Below are positions 37,925 through 48,811 of a stretch of 64,000 nucleotides of DNA, piece after piece. Each line of letters begins with the position of its first letter. The stretch's first letter is position 1. Source of the stretch: an uncultured Acidobacteriaceae bacterium (GTDB lineage Bacteria > Acidobacteriota > Terriglobia > Terriglobales > Acidobacteriaceae). A model generated the notes under the pieces. It had not been told where the DNA came from. It did not search any database and saw only the letters and a program-made list of their open reading frames with translations. The position numbers and the translations under genes were made by a program. The stretch is from assembly GCA_963745685.1 (NCBI GenBank), contig CAVUYH010000012.1:82808-146807 (forward strand), given 5' to 3'.

Positions 37925-39527
37925 GCGGTACGCGGATGTCGCCGCCGGTCATCTCCTTCGGCAGTCCGATATTCAGCAGGTTTAAAAGTGTCGGCGAAAT
38001 GTCGCGTAAGGAGCCATCATTGCGGAGGCGGTAATTCCTGGCCTCTTCACTCACATAGATCAACGGAACCGGATTGGTGGTATGCGCAGTGTGTGGCCCG
38101 CCGGTAACCGGGTCCACCATCTGCTCCGCGTTGCCGTGATCGGCCGAGATAAGCCAGCTGCCGTTCTTCTCCCTGATCGCCTTGTAGACGCGGCCGAGCT
38201 GCGCGTCCACCGCTTCAATCGCTTTGATGGTGGGCTCGAGCTTGCCGGAGTGTCCCACCATGTCCGCATTGGCAAAGTTGGCTACCACCAGGTCAAAGGC
38301 AGTGTCGTTGATTGCCTTGACGATTGCGTCGCCGATGGCCTCAGCCTTCATCTCGGGGGCCAGATCGTACGTGGCCACTTTGAGCGAGGGAATCATGACG
38401 CGATCTTCGCCGGGGAATGGAGTTTCGATGCCGCCGTTGAAAAAGTAGGTGACGTGCGCGAACTTCTCAGTCTCAGCCACGCGCAAATTGCGCAGCTGAT
38501 TCTGCGAGAGAATGTTGGCCAGGATATTATCCAGCGACTCCGGCGGCATGACGACTGGCAACTCGTAGAGCTTGTCGTATTGGGTCATGCACAGGTAGTA
38601 CAGGTCCTTGGGAATTTCGCTGCGTGGAATGACTTGATCGAGCGATTCCGAGCCTTCAAGATTGCGGCCGCCCTGCTTGTTGAGGCCGCTTTCGCGCGTC
38701 AGCACGCGGGTAATCTGGCGGGCACGATCAGCGCGGAAGTTGAAATTGATGCAGACGTCTTCATCGCGGATCTGGGCGATCGGCTTTCCCGCGGCGTCGG
38801 TCACAACAAAGGGGACGAGGAACTCGTCGGTGGTTCCGCCGTTGTAGCATTCCTTGATGCGTGCCACGGGGTCAGGATAGGCGCCGCCTTCGGCTTTGCC
38901 GCTGACCATGGCGTCATATGCTTTGCGCTCGCGCTCCCAGCGTTTGTCGCGATCCATGGCGTAGTAGCGGCCGTTGATGGAGGCGACCTTGCCAACGCCA
39001 TACTCGCGCATCTTCTGCTCAAGCTGGGCAATGAAGCTCGCGCCGGAGGTGGGCCCGGTGTCGCGGCCGTCCATAAATGCGTGCACGTAGGCGCGCTCCA
39101 CTCCGTACTCGCGTGCAATGCGGAGCAGCGCATACAGGTGCTCCTGGTGCGAGTGGACGCCGCCGTCGGAGAGTAATCCTAGGAGATGCAATTGACGTTC
39201 GCCTTCGCGCGCACGTTTCATGGCTTGCACAATGGCGGCGTTCTTGGCGAACTCACCGTTGGCAATTTGCATGTCGATGCGGGTAATGTCCATCTGCACG
39301 ATGCGTCCAGCGCCAATATTCAGGTGGCCCACTTCGCTATTGCCCATCTGTCCGTCCGGCAGGCCGACAAAATGCTCTGAAGCGCGAATCAATGTGTTCG
39401 GAAACTCGCGCAAGAGTGTGTCATACGTGGGTTTGCGAGCAAGCGCGATGGCATTGTTGGCGGTTTCGGCGCAATAACCCCATCCATCGAGGATGGTAAG
39501 GACAAGTGGGTGCTTTGTGCTGGACAC
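37914..39527 (-). CDS. gpmI: 2,3-bisphosphoglycerate-independent phosphoglycerate mutase
   Basis: [47 protein letters not shown] and ADHGNAE motifs. Confidence 0.97.
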   Translation of the reverse strand: MSSTKHPLVLTILDGWGYCAETANNAIALARKPTYDTLLREFPNTLIRASEHFVGLPDGQMGNSEVGHLNIGAGRIVQMDITRIDMQIANGEFAKNAAIVQAMKRAREGERQLHLLGLLSDGGVHSHQEHLYALLRIAREYGVERAYVHAFMDGRDTGPTSGASFIAQLEQKMREYGVGKVASINGRYYAMDRDKRWERERKAYDAMVSGKAEGGAYPDPVARIKECYNGGTTDEFLVPFVVTDAAGKPIAQIRDEDVCINFNFRADRARQITRVLTRESGLNKQGGRNLEGSESLDQVIPRSEIPKDLYYLCMTQYDKLYELPVVMPPESLDNILANILSQNQLRNLRVAETEKFAHVTYFFNGGIETPFPGEDRVMIPSLKVATYDLAPEMKAEAIGDAIVKAINDTAFDLVVANFANADMVGHSGKLEPTIKAIEAVDAQLGRVYKAIREKNGSWLISADHGNAEQMVDPVTGGPHTAHTTNPVPLIYVSEEARNYRLRNDGSLRDISPTLLNLLNIGLPKEMTGGDIRVPLNK

Positions 39528-39608
39528 GTAAGAGAATACCTCTGTATCAATCGGAGTTCTTCTCTAGGATAACCTGCCACGTTGCGCTGTGCGGTGATTG
39601 GAATTCTT

Positions 39609-39669
39609 GCTATCCCACCTTAGCCGCTGCGCGATGAAGCTGCGCACCGGCGAAGATGGGGCACCCGGC
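39609..39669. repeat. REP-like palindrome, CCCAC...ATGGGGCACCC family
   Basis: GCTATCCCAC-[hairpin]-GATGGGGCACCCGGC; same ends as copies at 41641, 45316 and 53384. Confidence 0.75.
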
Positions 39670-39787
39670 TTTTGTGCGTTGCACATTCAAATTCTGTGTG
39701 CTTTGGGCCGCACATCAAGCGGCTCCGACTTGGTACATCCCCCAGGAAGGAGCTGTCGGCGTGCAGGCGCCAAGGAATGCCAATGAG

Positions 39788-39825
39788 ACACGAAGGGCGG
39801 AGGTTTGCGCCTCCGCCCTTCGTGT
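39788..39825 (-). terminator. Long terminator hairpin downstream of eno
   Basis: 16-bp perfect stem ACACGAAGGGCGGAGG/CCTCCGCCCTTCGTGT. Confidence 0.75.
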
Positions 39826-39845
39826 TCTTCAAGCTGACAAGCAGC

Positions 39846-41261
<1,416 letters not shown>

Positions 41262-41507
41262 TCAATGCTGAGAACGAAAAAGAACGGGGTATATACCGTT
41301 CCGATTCTAACAAGTCAGGCGGCGTAGCCCGGTGTGGTCCCGGTCACATTGAGATGATGTATCGGGCTGGGCGGTTCGGCAATGGCAATGGAGCGGTTGC
41401 AGACCAAAAACTTTGAAATTGAATCGGAGTGGACGGCAGGGCGCCGTGGCTCTCATCTGCCGAGGGGGTATGAATCACGAAAGGTTTCTGATTGAGATTT
41501 GTTCGAT

Positions 41508-41723
41508 CCCATGTCCGAAAATCCGGACATACACCCCACTGACGAAGACCTGTCAGCGGGGACCCCGGACATGGGGCACCCTCCATTGTGCGAGAGGCAA
41601 GGAGCGGGGCACCCGGCAAGAACGGAGAGCGGACGGCATTGCTATCCCACCCTTGCGCGATGAAACTTGCGCAAGGATGGGGCACCCTCCATTGTGCGAG
41701 AGGCCGGGAGTGGGGCACCCGGC
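41508..41723. repeat. Composite REP cluster with a nested hairpin and a 47-nt direct repeat
   Basis: Four GGGGCACCC ends; direct repeats at 41571-41617 and 41677-41723; CCGGACAT duplicated around a 34-nt hairpin. Confidence 0.8.
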
Positions 41724-41977
41724 TTTGGTGGGAAACCGACTGGTCTGTAGAGTTACTCAGTTGATTCGTGTACTGCCGGGCACCTTTCTCCGCGTCCCTG
41801 TTTTAGCCGCTATCTACCTGCGCTAGCCTTAAGTTGGGCGAGATGCCCATTATGCACACGCCGGAACGCGTATTGACGCGTGATGTAACTCTTTGCTGTG
41901 CAAAGGGTCTAAAGAATATAGGCAATTCTCGCCAGGGAAGCCCGTGCGCGTTTCGGGCTCCGGAAATGGAGATTCGC

Positions 41978-42943
41978 ATGAACCGGTCGATTCTTGTCTG
42001 CGCGTTGATGTTGGCAACCGCTGCTTCGCTCGCAGCGCAGCAGGCCGGCCAGTCCGACCCGTACCAGGGAACTTCAAAACCGCCGTCGAACGACACTATT
42101 ATTTCGGATTCTCCGGCGGATACTGCGCCTGTGCCAATGGCCGCGCCGGTTGCGAAGCCTTCGCCCGCGCATGCGTATGTGCAGCCGGTGCAGACGCAGG
42201 ATCGGGTGCAGGCAGAGGCCGAACAGCCTGCGCCGGTAAACACGGCCAGTAACACCTCCGCGGACGGCACTGATAATGGCATTGTGCAGATCGCTCCCGA
42301 TCCTCCGGCAGGCCCGAGCCTGAGCCAGCGAGCCGCGGCCGATCCCGACGGCGATATTGTGCATCCGCGCCCGCTAGGGCCGAATGAACTCGGCGAGGGT
42401 ACGGTCATTCGCGTTCGCCTGTTGAATACGGTCTCGACTGCTTTCAGCGAGGACGGCGAGTCATTCCGCAGCCGTGTGGCTTCTGACGTGGTGCAGGACG
42501 ACCACGTGCTGATTCCCGCGGGTTCGGAAATCGATGGGCGCATCACGCATGTGTCCACGGGCAGTTTTGGCGGTCATGGATCGATGCACCTGGTTCCCGA
42601 GACAGTTATTCTCCCTGATGGTTCGCGCTTCAGGATGTACGGCCAGGTCACGGCAACGCCCGGCTCTAATACCAGAGTCGGCGATGAGGGCTCGATTAAT
42701 CCCGGCTCGCGCGTAAAGCGCGACAGCATTGAGTATGGCGGCGCTGTCGGCGCCGGAGCGGTAACCGGCGCTGTTCTGGGCGGCCCCGCAGGCGCACTGG
42801 CTGGCTCGCTGGTGGGTGCGGGAATTATTACTGCGCATCTGCTGATTAGCCATCCGCAGGCCACGCTCGACGAAGGCACCTATTTGCAGTTCGCGCTGAC
42901 GGAACGGTTGAATCTGGTTCCTGCGGCGGCGAACGGCAACTGA
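41978..42943 (+). CDS. Exported protein with a VirB10/TrbI-like beta region and glycine zipper
   Basis: Signal peptide, low-complexity linker, GTVIRVRL...IPAGSEIDGRI and GGAVGAGAVTGAVLGG motifs; ATG at 41978. Confidence 0.7.
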   Translation: MNRSILVCALMLATAASLAAQQAGQSDPYQGTSKPPSNDTIISDSPADTAPVPMAAPVAKPSPAHAYVQPVQTQDRVQAEAEQPAPVNTASNTSADGTDNGIVQIAPDPPAGPSLSQRAAADPDGDIVHPRPLGPNELGEGTVIRVRLLNTVSTAFSEDGESFRSRVASDVVQDDHVLIPAGSEIDGRITHVSTGSFGGHGSMHLVPETVILPDGSRFRMYGQVTATPGSNTRVGDEGSINPGSRVKRDSIEYGGAVGAGAVTGAVLGGPAGALAGSLVGAGIITAHLLISHPQATLDEGTYLQFALTERLNLVPAAANGN

Positions 42944-43013
42944 AGCGTACGCAATTAGATCAGCCACACCTGTGTGGTGTCCCGCGAAATTCGTAGCAGA
43001 AGTCGCAAAGAGT

Positions 43014-43203
43014 AACCGCAGTCATTCATGGCGCGCTGCACCACCCGAAGAGCATGAAAATCAACCGCGGATCCCTCATCGCTGCGCTCTGTCGGGATGA
43101 CAGCTCTGAGGTCGGTGTGGGTTTCTGGCACCCGAGATATTTTCGGGGCAGATCCTCGGACTCCGTTTGGCCTGAAAGCGGCCAAACTCCTCTCAGGATG
43201 ACA
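43014..43203. repeat. Composite REP cluster upstream of murA
   Basis: 48-nt AACCGCAGTCAT...GAAAAT unit plus two GATCC...GGATGACA palindromes. Confidence 0.7.
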
Positions 43204-43292
43204 ACTGCATCTATGCTGCAAACTTTAGAGACAGTACACTAGTGGTGTCCCAGGTCTCGATTTTGGGACTTGGGAAAGCACGCTAGACAGCT

Positions 43293-44597
43293 ATGGATAA
43301 GTTCGTCATTCGCGGCGGGAATCCGCTCGTAGGCACAATTCGCGTTTCGGGCGCAAAGAACTCGGCGCTGCCATGCATGGCCGCAGCCATTCTGACAGAG
43401 GACGAGGTCACGCTCGAAAACATTCCGCAGGTGCGCGACATTGAGACCGAACGCAAACTGCTCGCGTCCATGGGCGCAGTTGTCGGGCTGCGCGAAGGCA
43501 GCGCACGCGATCGCATGACCATCAGTTGCCGTTCGTTGTCTGATCCGGTGGCGCGGTATGAAATTGTGAAGACGATGCGCGCCAGTTCGCTGGTGCTGGG
43601 GCCGCTGGTGGCACGCGCTGGAGTGGCGCGCGTAGCAATGCCCGGCGGATGCGCAATCGGCGGTAGACCGATTGATTTGCACATCAAGGGCCTTGAGAAA
43701 ATGGGTGCCGCCATTACGCAGCAGCACGGCTATCTTGAAGCGCGCGCAACCCGGTTGCAGGGCGCGCACCTGGTGTTCGACAAAATCACGGTGACGGGCA
43801 CGGAAGACCTGTTGATGGCCGCGGTGCTGGCCGAGGGCGAAACGTTGATGGAGAATTGCGCGCGCGAACCCGAAGTGACGGATCTGGCTGCGCTGCTTAC
43901 GGCGATGGGCGCCAAAATCGAAGGCGCAGGCACCGCGACAATTCGTGTGAAAGGCGTAAGCAGCCTGCATGGCGCGAGCTACCGCATCAATCCCGACCGC
44001 ATTGAAGCGGGAACATTTTTGATTGCCGGCGCCATCACCGGAGGCGACCTTACAGTGGCCAACTGCAATCCCGCGCATCTGGGTGCGGTGTTGAACAAGT
44101 TAAAAGAGGCAGGCGTGCGCGTTGAGATTGCCGGCCCCGATGCTGTGCGCGTGCAGGCGGCGGAGCGGCTTCGCGCGGCGGACATTTCCACCGAGGAATA
44201 CCCGGGCTTTCCGACCGACATGCAGGCGCAGTACATGGCCCTTGCCACGCAAGCTGAGGGTACCAGCCAGGTGCGGGAAAACATTTTTGAGAATCGCTTT
44301 ATGCATGTGCAGGAACTGGTGCGCATGGGCGCGAATATCAAGGTGGATGGAAGCGCGGCAACTGTGCGCGGTCCATCGAAGCTTTCTGCGGCCGCGGTGA
44401 TGTGCTCGGATCTGCGCGCGTCTGCTTCGCTTGTTTTAGCCGCGCTGGTGGCCGATGGCGAATCGATTCTCGACCGCGTGTATCACATGGATCGCGGCTA
44501 CGAGCATATCGAGGAGAAGCTGCGCGGCGTAGGCGCGGAGATCGCGCGCATGGGCAATGTTTTTCCGGCGCGTGAAGAGGTTGCGAGCGAAGCATAA
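43293..44597 (+). CDS. murA: UDP-N-acetylglucosamine 1-carboxyvinyltransferase
   Basis: SGAKNSAL, MRASSL, PGGCAIGGRPIDLH (active-site Cys), DRIEAGT, PGFPTDMQ and SDLRASA motifs. Confidence 0.98.
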   Translation: MDKFVIRGGNPLVGTIRVSGAKNSALPCMAAAILTEDEVTLENIPQVRDIETERKLLASMGAVVGLREGSARDRMTISCRSLSDPVARYEIVKTMRASSLVLGPLVARAGVARVAMPGGCAIGGRPIDLHIKGLEKMGAAITQQHGYLEARATRLQGAHLVFDKITVTGTEDLLMAAVLAEGETLMENCAREPEVTDLAALLTAMGAKIEGAGTATIRVKGVSSLHGASYRINPDRIEAGTFLIAGAITGGDLTVANCNPAHLGAVLNKLKEAGVRVEIAGPDAVRVQAAERLRAADISTEEYPGFPTDMQAQYMALATQAEGTSQVRENIFENRFMHVQELVRMGANIKVDGSAATVRGPSKLSAAAVMCSDLRASASLVLAALVADGESILDRVYHMDRGYEHIEEKLRGVGAEIARMGNVFPAREEVASEA

Positions 44598-44633
44598 TCT
44601 GCGCGAACTGAAGTCAAGAACAAAGGCAAGAAC

Positions 44634-44880
44634 AACCGCAGTCATACATGGCGCGAAGCGCCACTCAAGGCCACGAAAATAACCCCCAGGGGCTAAAGCC
44701 CTCAATTGCCCGGCCTTCTTCGGCACGACTGAAGTCGTGCCCTTTTACAAGACTTCTTTCGAACGGATCTATTTTCAGGGCAGATCCTTCGCTCCGCACA
44801 GGATGACACTTCATTGGTTGGCCGCGATCCAGCAGCCTGAAGGCTGCTGCTCCCTCCGATCCTTTGCTCCGCTCAGGATT
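44634..44880. repeat. Composite REP cluster downstream of murA
   Basis: 47-nt copy of the upstream unit, GGGC-TAAA-GCCC, GGCACGAC-TGAA-GTCGTGCC and two GATCCTT...CAGGAT palindromes. Confidence 0.75.
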
Positions 44881-44977
44881 CTCCGCAACTATTTTTGCTT
44901 CTCAGCGTTGATACGAACGAGACCCGGAACAAATCATTAACTCCGGTAACGCTGAAATGTTGAAGGAGATCACTACC

Positions 44978-45274
44978 GTGAAAAAGATTGCACTGACTTT
45001 GCTGCTTGCGCTTTCAATGGCCCCAGTGGCCGCGTTGGCAGAGGTTGGAATTGCAGTTCGTGTTGGGCCGCCCGCGCCCATCGTTGAACACTACGGCCCT
45101 GCGCCTCATCCCGGCTATGTTTGGATTGCTGGTTATCACCGCTGGGACGGTGCGCGTTACGTGTGGACCCCGGGATATTGGACTGCGCCGCCGCGGCCGC
45201 GCGCCGTGTGGGTTCCGCATCACTGGGTCCATCGTCGCGGCGGCTGGGTGCTGATTGAAGGGCACTGGCGCTAG
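44978..45274 (+). CDS. Secreted YXWGXW-repeat protein
   Basis: Signal peptide; GYVWIAGYHRW, YVWTPGYW and WVPHHW repeats; GTG after AAGGAG. Confidence 0.88.
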   Translation: MKKIALTLLLALSMAPVAALAEVGIAVRVGPPAPIVEHYGPAPHPGYVWIAGYHRWDGARYVWTPGYWTAPPRPRAVWVPHHWVHRRGGWVLIEGHWR

Positions 45275-45315
45275 AGCGTTTTCGGCCGGACCGTTGACGG
45301 CCGAGAGGGGCATCC

Positions 45316-45363
45316 GTGGTCTTCCACCCTTCCCGCAAAAAAACGCGGGAAGGATGGGGTACT
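45316..45363. repeat. REP-like palindrome, CCCAC...ATGGGGCAC family variant
   Basis: GTGGTCTTCCACCCTTCCCGC-AAAAAAAC-GCGGGAAGGATGGGGTAC, between convergent genes. Confidence 0.7.
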
Positions 45364-45468
45364 CAGAACTTTGTTAATACTTGAATTGAAAATGCGCTCA
45401 TCAACGGCGCGCTTGTTGAGAAGCGAAAGCGGGGCGCTTGCCCCGCTCTCATTGTTTACAGGTCGCGA

Positions 45469-46305
45469 TTACTGGATCTCGATCACGTCTGTAGCTGAAG
45501 CCGCTGCTGCTTCCGCTCGCTCCATCACTTTTTCGGCAATCGCGTAGAATTCCGCAGCCTGAGGGCTCTTCGGCCCTGCGAGCGCAACGGGCAGGCCGCG
45601 ATCGCCGCCTTCGCGGATGGCGGGCACCAGTTCGATGGAGCCGAGGAAGGGTACGTTGAACTGTTTGGCTGTGCGCTCCGCACCGCCCTTGGAGAAGATA
45701 TCGATCTGCTCGTGGCAATGCGGGCAGGTGAAGTGGCTCATGTTTTCCACCATGCCGAGCACTTCCACGTTCACTTGTGCAAACATCTCAAGCGCCTTGC
45801 GCGCATCTTCAAGGCTCACATCGCTAGGTGTGGATACAACAACGGCACCGGTGAGCGGCACGGTCTGCACCAGCGAGATCACCACATCACCAGTGCCCGG
45901 GGGCAGATCGATTACGAGGTAATCCAGTTCACCCCACTCCACCTGTTGAAGGAACTGGCGGATGATCTGATGCAGCATCGGTCCGCGCATTACCATCGGC
46001 TTGTCGCCGGGGGAGATGTAGCCGATGGAGATGGTCTTGATGCCGTGCGTGTCGTTGGGCTGAATCATGTTGCCTGCGCCCACGCGCGGCTGCTGCGACG
46101 ACCCCATCATCAGTGGCACGTTGGGCCCGTAGACGTCAGCGTCGATCAAGCCGACGCGCTTGCCGAGTTTTGAGAGCGCTATGGCCAGGTTCACCGCGAT
46201 GGTGGTTTTACCTACGCCGCCCTTGCCGGAACCGACAGCGATAATCTTTGAAACACCGGGCAAAGCTACCGGCGAAGGCATGGCATGCGAATGGGCCATC
46301 AGCAA
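45469..46305 (-). CDS. mrp: Mrp/NBP35 (ApbC) Fe-S cluster carrier ATPase
   Basis: GKGGVGKTT, DADVYGP, MRGPM, DLPPGTGD and ENMSHFTCPHC motifs. Confidence 0.94.
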   Translation of the reverse strand: MLMAHSHAMPSPVALPGVSKIIAVGSGKGGVGKTTIAVNLAIALSKLGKRVGLIDADVYGPNVPLMMGSSQQPRVGAGNMIQPNDTHGIKTISIGYISPGDKPMVMRGPMLHQIIRQFLQQVEWGELDYLVIDLPPGTGDVVISLVQTVPLTGAVVVSTPSDVSLEDARKALEMFAQVNVEVLGMVENMSHFTCPHCHEQIDIFSKGGAERTAKQFNVPFLGSIELVPAIREGGDRGLPVALAGPKSPQAAEFYAIAEKVMERAEAAAASATDVIEIQ

Positions 46306-46430
46306 TACTCCTTTTCAAACTTCTCTTGCGTTGGATTCGATCTTGAAGCGAAACTTTGGCCGCACACTCGCGCAATGAGGTGCGGCCTGACTCGATTTTA
46401 CAGGAATGGCTGATCGTTATAAGTTCAGGG

Positions 46431-46976
46431 CTATTCCTGGCCCGTTGCGTCCTGCGCTGCGGTGGCCAGGCGCTCCTGGTGGCGGCGCGCGTTTTCGCGT
46501 TCGCGATGTTCGCGGCGGCGCAGCGCATCGGCATGGCGGCGAATTTCGTCGGGCGTTTCAGGCAGAAGTTGTGGAACGTTCTGCAGGCGACCATGCTCGT
46601 CCACTGCGACAAACACCAGGTACGCGCTTGCCACATGGACAACTCCGCCAGTGCGCGTATTCTCCGCCCACACTTTTACGCCCACTTCCATTGAGCTTGT
46701 GAAGGCGCGATTCACGCTCGATTTGAGCGTGAGCAGATCGCCCAATCGCACCGGGCGAATAAAGTCGATGTGATCCATTGCGGCCGTTACTACATGCGTT
46801 CTGGAGTGTCGATAAGCCGCCATGGCGCCGGTCAGATCGATGAAGTGCATCAGGCGTCCACCCAGGAGGTTCCCCAGGGTATTGGTGTCGTTGGGAAGGA
46901 TAATCTCAGTCATTTCCGACTGCGTGCTGGCCACGGTGCGCACCATGCGGTTACTCTCTAGCTCGTTCATCGGCAA
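46431..46976 (-). CDS. Hotdog-fold acyl-CoA thioesterase
   Basis: PNDTNTLGNLLGG, VTAAMD and AYLVFVAVD motifs. Confidence 0.9.
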   Translation of the reverse strand: MPMNELESNRMVRTVASTQSEMTEIILPNDTNTLGNLLGGRLMHFIDLTGAMAAYRHSRTHVVTAAMDHIDFIRPVRLGDLLTLKSSVNRAFTSSMEVGVKVWAENTRTGGVVHVASAYLVFVAVDEHGRLQNVPQLLPETPDEIRRHADALRRREHRERENARRHQERLATAAQDATGQE

Positions 46977-47128
46977 TCACTCCGTACATGGGCTGCCAGT
47001 TACTGCCGCGAAGTTACAATGGGAGTGCCGGCGGGGGTTCTTCCTGGCAACACTGTTCCAGTTTGGGCAATCCCCGCCAATTAAGCAAATCCCATAAGAC
47101 CAGGCGTATTTTTGCCGGATCCGGACAA

Positions 47129-47440
47129 ATGGACAAGATTGCATCTCTCAGAGAAATTCTGGCGTTGGACCCCAAAAACAGTTTTGCCCGTTACGGAATT
47201 GCCATGGAACTGGTGAACCGTGGGGAGACCGAAGCGGCGCTTGAGGAGTATTCCACGCTTTTGGCCAACGACCCGGATTACACGGCGGGTTACTTCATGT
47301 CAGCGCAAACCTTGAGCGCGGCGGGCAGGGCCACAGAAGCTATCGAGCGCCTGAAGGCGGGAATCGCAAGCGCTGCGCGCTCCGGTAACAGGCATGCAAT
47401 CAGCGAGATGCAAGCTATGCTCGACGAGTTAGAGCACTGA
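47129..47440 (+). CDS. Small tetratricopeptide-repeat protein
   Basis: ARYGIAMEL, DPDYTAGY and AQTL TPR pattern; ATG at 47129. Confidence 0.82.
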   Translation: MDKIASLREILALDPKNSFARYGIAMELVNRGETEAALEEYSTLLANDPDYTAGYFMSAQTLSAAGRATEAIERLKAGIASAARSGNRHAISEMQAMLDELEH

Positions 47441-47524
47441 TAAGATTTCTGCCGAGATAGCTGCAACTTAATTGCGCCCTTAGGGTTCAGATACACAGGC
47501 GGCGGTATGTCCACTGCTCCCAAG

Positions 47525-47542
47525 GTTTAGACTGGTCTAAAC
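47525..47542. promoter_or_regulatory. Perfect 18-bp inverted repeat, putative GntR/HutC-type operator
   Basis: GTTTAGAC-TG-GTCTAAAC; each half fits GT-N-TA-N-AC. Confidence 0.4.
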
Positions 47543-47665
47543 ACGATCATTAATCGACCGGCTAACGCGGGAAATGTGGCACAATATCCGAATTCCCTCC
47601 GGGCCTGGCACTTTGCGGTATAAAAAGTAGTCTATCGTCCTACTTGGAGCGTCTAAGAAACTATT

Positions 47666-48670
47666 ATGGCGAAATACTCCATCGTTGTGCCGTTCCACAA
47701 TGAAGAGGAAAACGTCACCGTTCTGTATGCACGCCTGAAGCAGGTGATGGAACAGGTGTCAGACAGTTTTGAGATTGTGCTGGTTGATGACGGCTCAAGG
47801 GACCGCACCTACAAGCTGCTGGAAGAAATCGCCGCGGTTGACAGCCGCGTGCTTGTAGTCAAGCTGCGGCGAAACTTTGGCCAGACCTCGGCGCTGGCGG
47901 CCGGTTTCGATCATGCGTCCGGCGAGTACATCCTGGCCATGGATGGCGATCTGCAACACGACCCTAATGACATTCCTGCATTCATTGAGAAGCTTGATGA
48001 GGGCTACGATGTCGTTTCCGGCTGGCGCAAAGACCGCATTGACAACTTCGTGATGCGCCGCATTCCATCGCGCTGTGCAAACTGGCTGATGGCCAAATTC
48101 TCCGGTGTGGATATTCACGACTTTGGAACAACGTTCAAGGCATATCGCCGCGAGGTCATCCAGAGCATCCCGCTCTACGGCGAAATGCACCGTTTCATTC
48201 CTGCGCTCGCCAGCTGGTACGGCGCGTCCATCTGCGAGATTCCGATTCGCAACGTAAATCGCGAAGCAGGTAAGAGCCATTACGGGATCGGCCGCACATT
48301 CCGCGTGTTCTTCGACCTGATGACCATCCGCTTCCTCCTTCGGTACATGAGCCGCCCGCTCCATTTCTTCGGCGGCATTGGAATGCTGGCCCTGACGGGC
48401 GGGTCGATCATGGGGCTGATTCTGCTTGGGATGAAAGTTCTGAATCCGGCAATGAGCGTGATGCAAAATCACGGCCCGATGCTCGTCTTCGGTTCGGTGA
48501 TGATTGTTGCAGGTATTCAACTGCTCGCCATTGGGCTGCTGGGTGAGTTGCAGGTGCGCCATTACTTCACAAGCCAGCATCCTTCTTCGTACACGGTGGA
48601 TCGGCTTGTCCGCCTTGTATCGTCCGAAGAACGGAATTTGTTGTCCGAAAGCAAGGAAGACAACTTCTAA
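47666..48670 (+). CDS. GT2 glycosyltransferase (ArnC/Ppm1-like)
   Basis: VVPFHNEEEN, VDDGSRD, RNFGQTSA, MDGDLQHDP and two C-terminal TM segments. Confidence 0.92.
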   Translation: MAKYSIVVPFHNEEENVTVLYARLKQVMEQVSDSFEIVLVDDGSRDRTYKLLEEIAAVDSRVLVVKLRRNFGQTSALAAGFDHASGEYILAMDGDLQHDPNDIPAFIEKLDEGYDVVSGWRKDRIDNFVMRRIPSRCANWLMAKFSGVDIHDFGTTFKAYRREVIQSIPLYGEMHRFIPALASWYGASICEIPIRNVNREAGKSHYGIGRTFRVFFDLMTIRFLLRYMSRPLHFFGGIGMLALTGGSIMGLILLGMKVLNPAMSVMQNHGPMLVFGSVMIVAGIQLLAIGLLGELQVRHYFTSQHPSSYTVDRLVRLVSSEERNLLSESKEDNF

Positions 48671-48671
48671 G

Positions 48672-48706
48672 AACAGGGAACAGACAGCAGGGAACAGGGA
48701 TCAGGA
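48672..48706 (+). repeat. Heptamer tandem array (AACAGGG-like x5)
   Basis: AACAGGG AACAGAC AGCAGGG AACAGGG ATCAGGA, right after the stop. Confidence 0.7.
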
Positions 48707-48811
48707 GAAGCCGCCAATGGCGGCTTCACTGTTTTAGTTTCGTGAATCTCTGGCGTGGAATAGAAATATCCTTGCCCGGATGCTGCCTGAAGGTTCATCC
48801 TTACCTTTGCT

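Noticed and set aside
39700-39760. tRNA-like GGGGGATGTACCAAGTCGG on the minus strand
   Set aside because: No TTC-containing T-loop, anticodon arm or acceptor stem could be built.
41344-41826. ORFs of 124 and 137 aa between eno and the exported protein
   Set aside because: They are composed largely of REP sequence.
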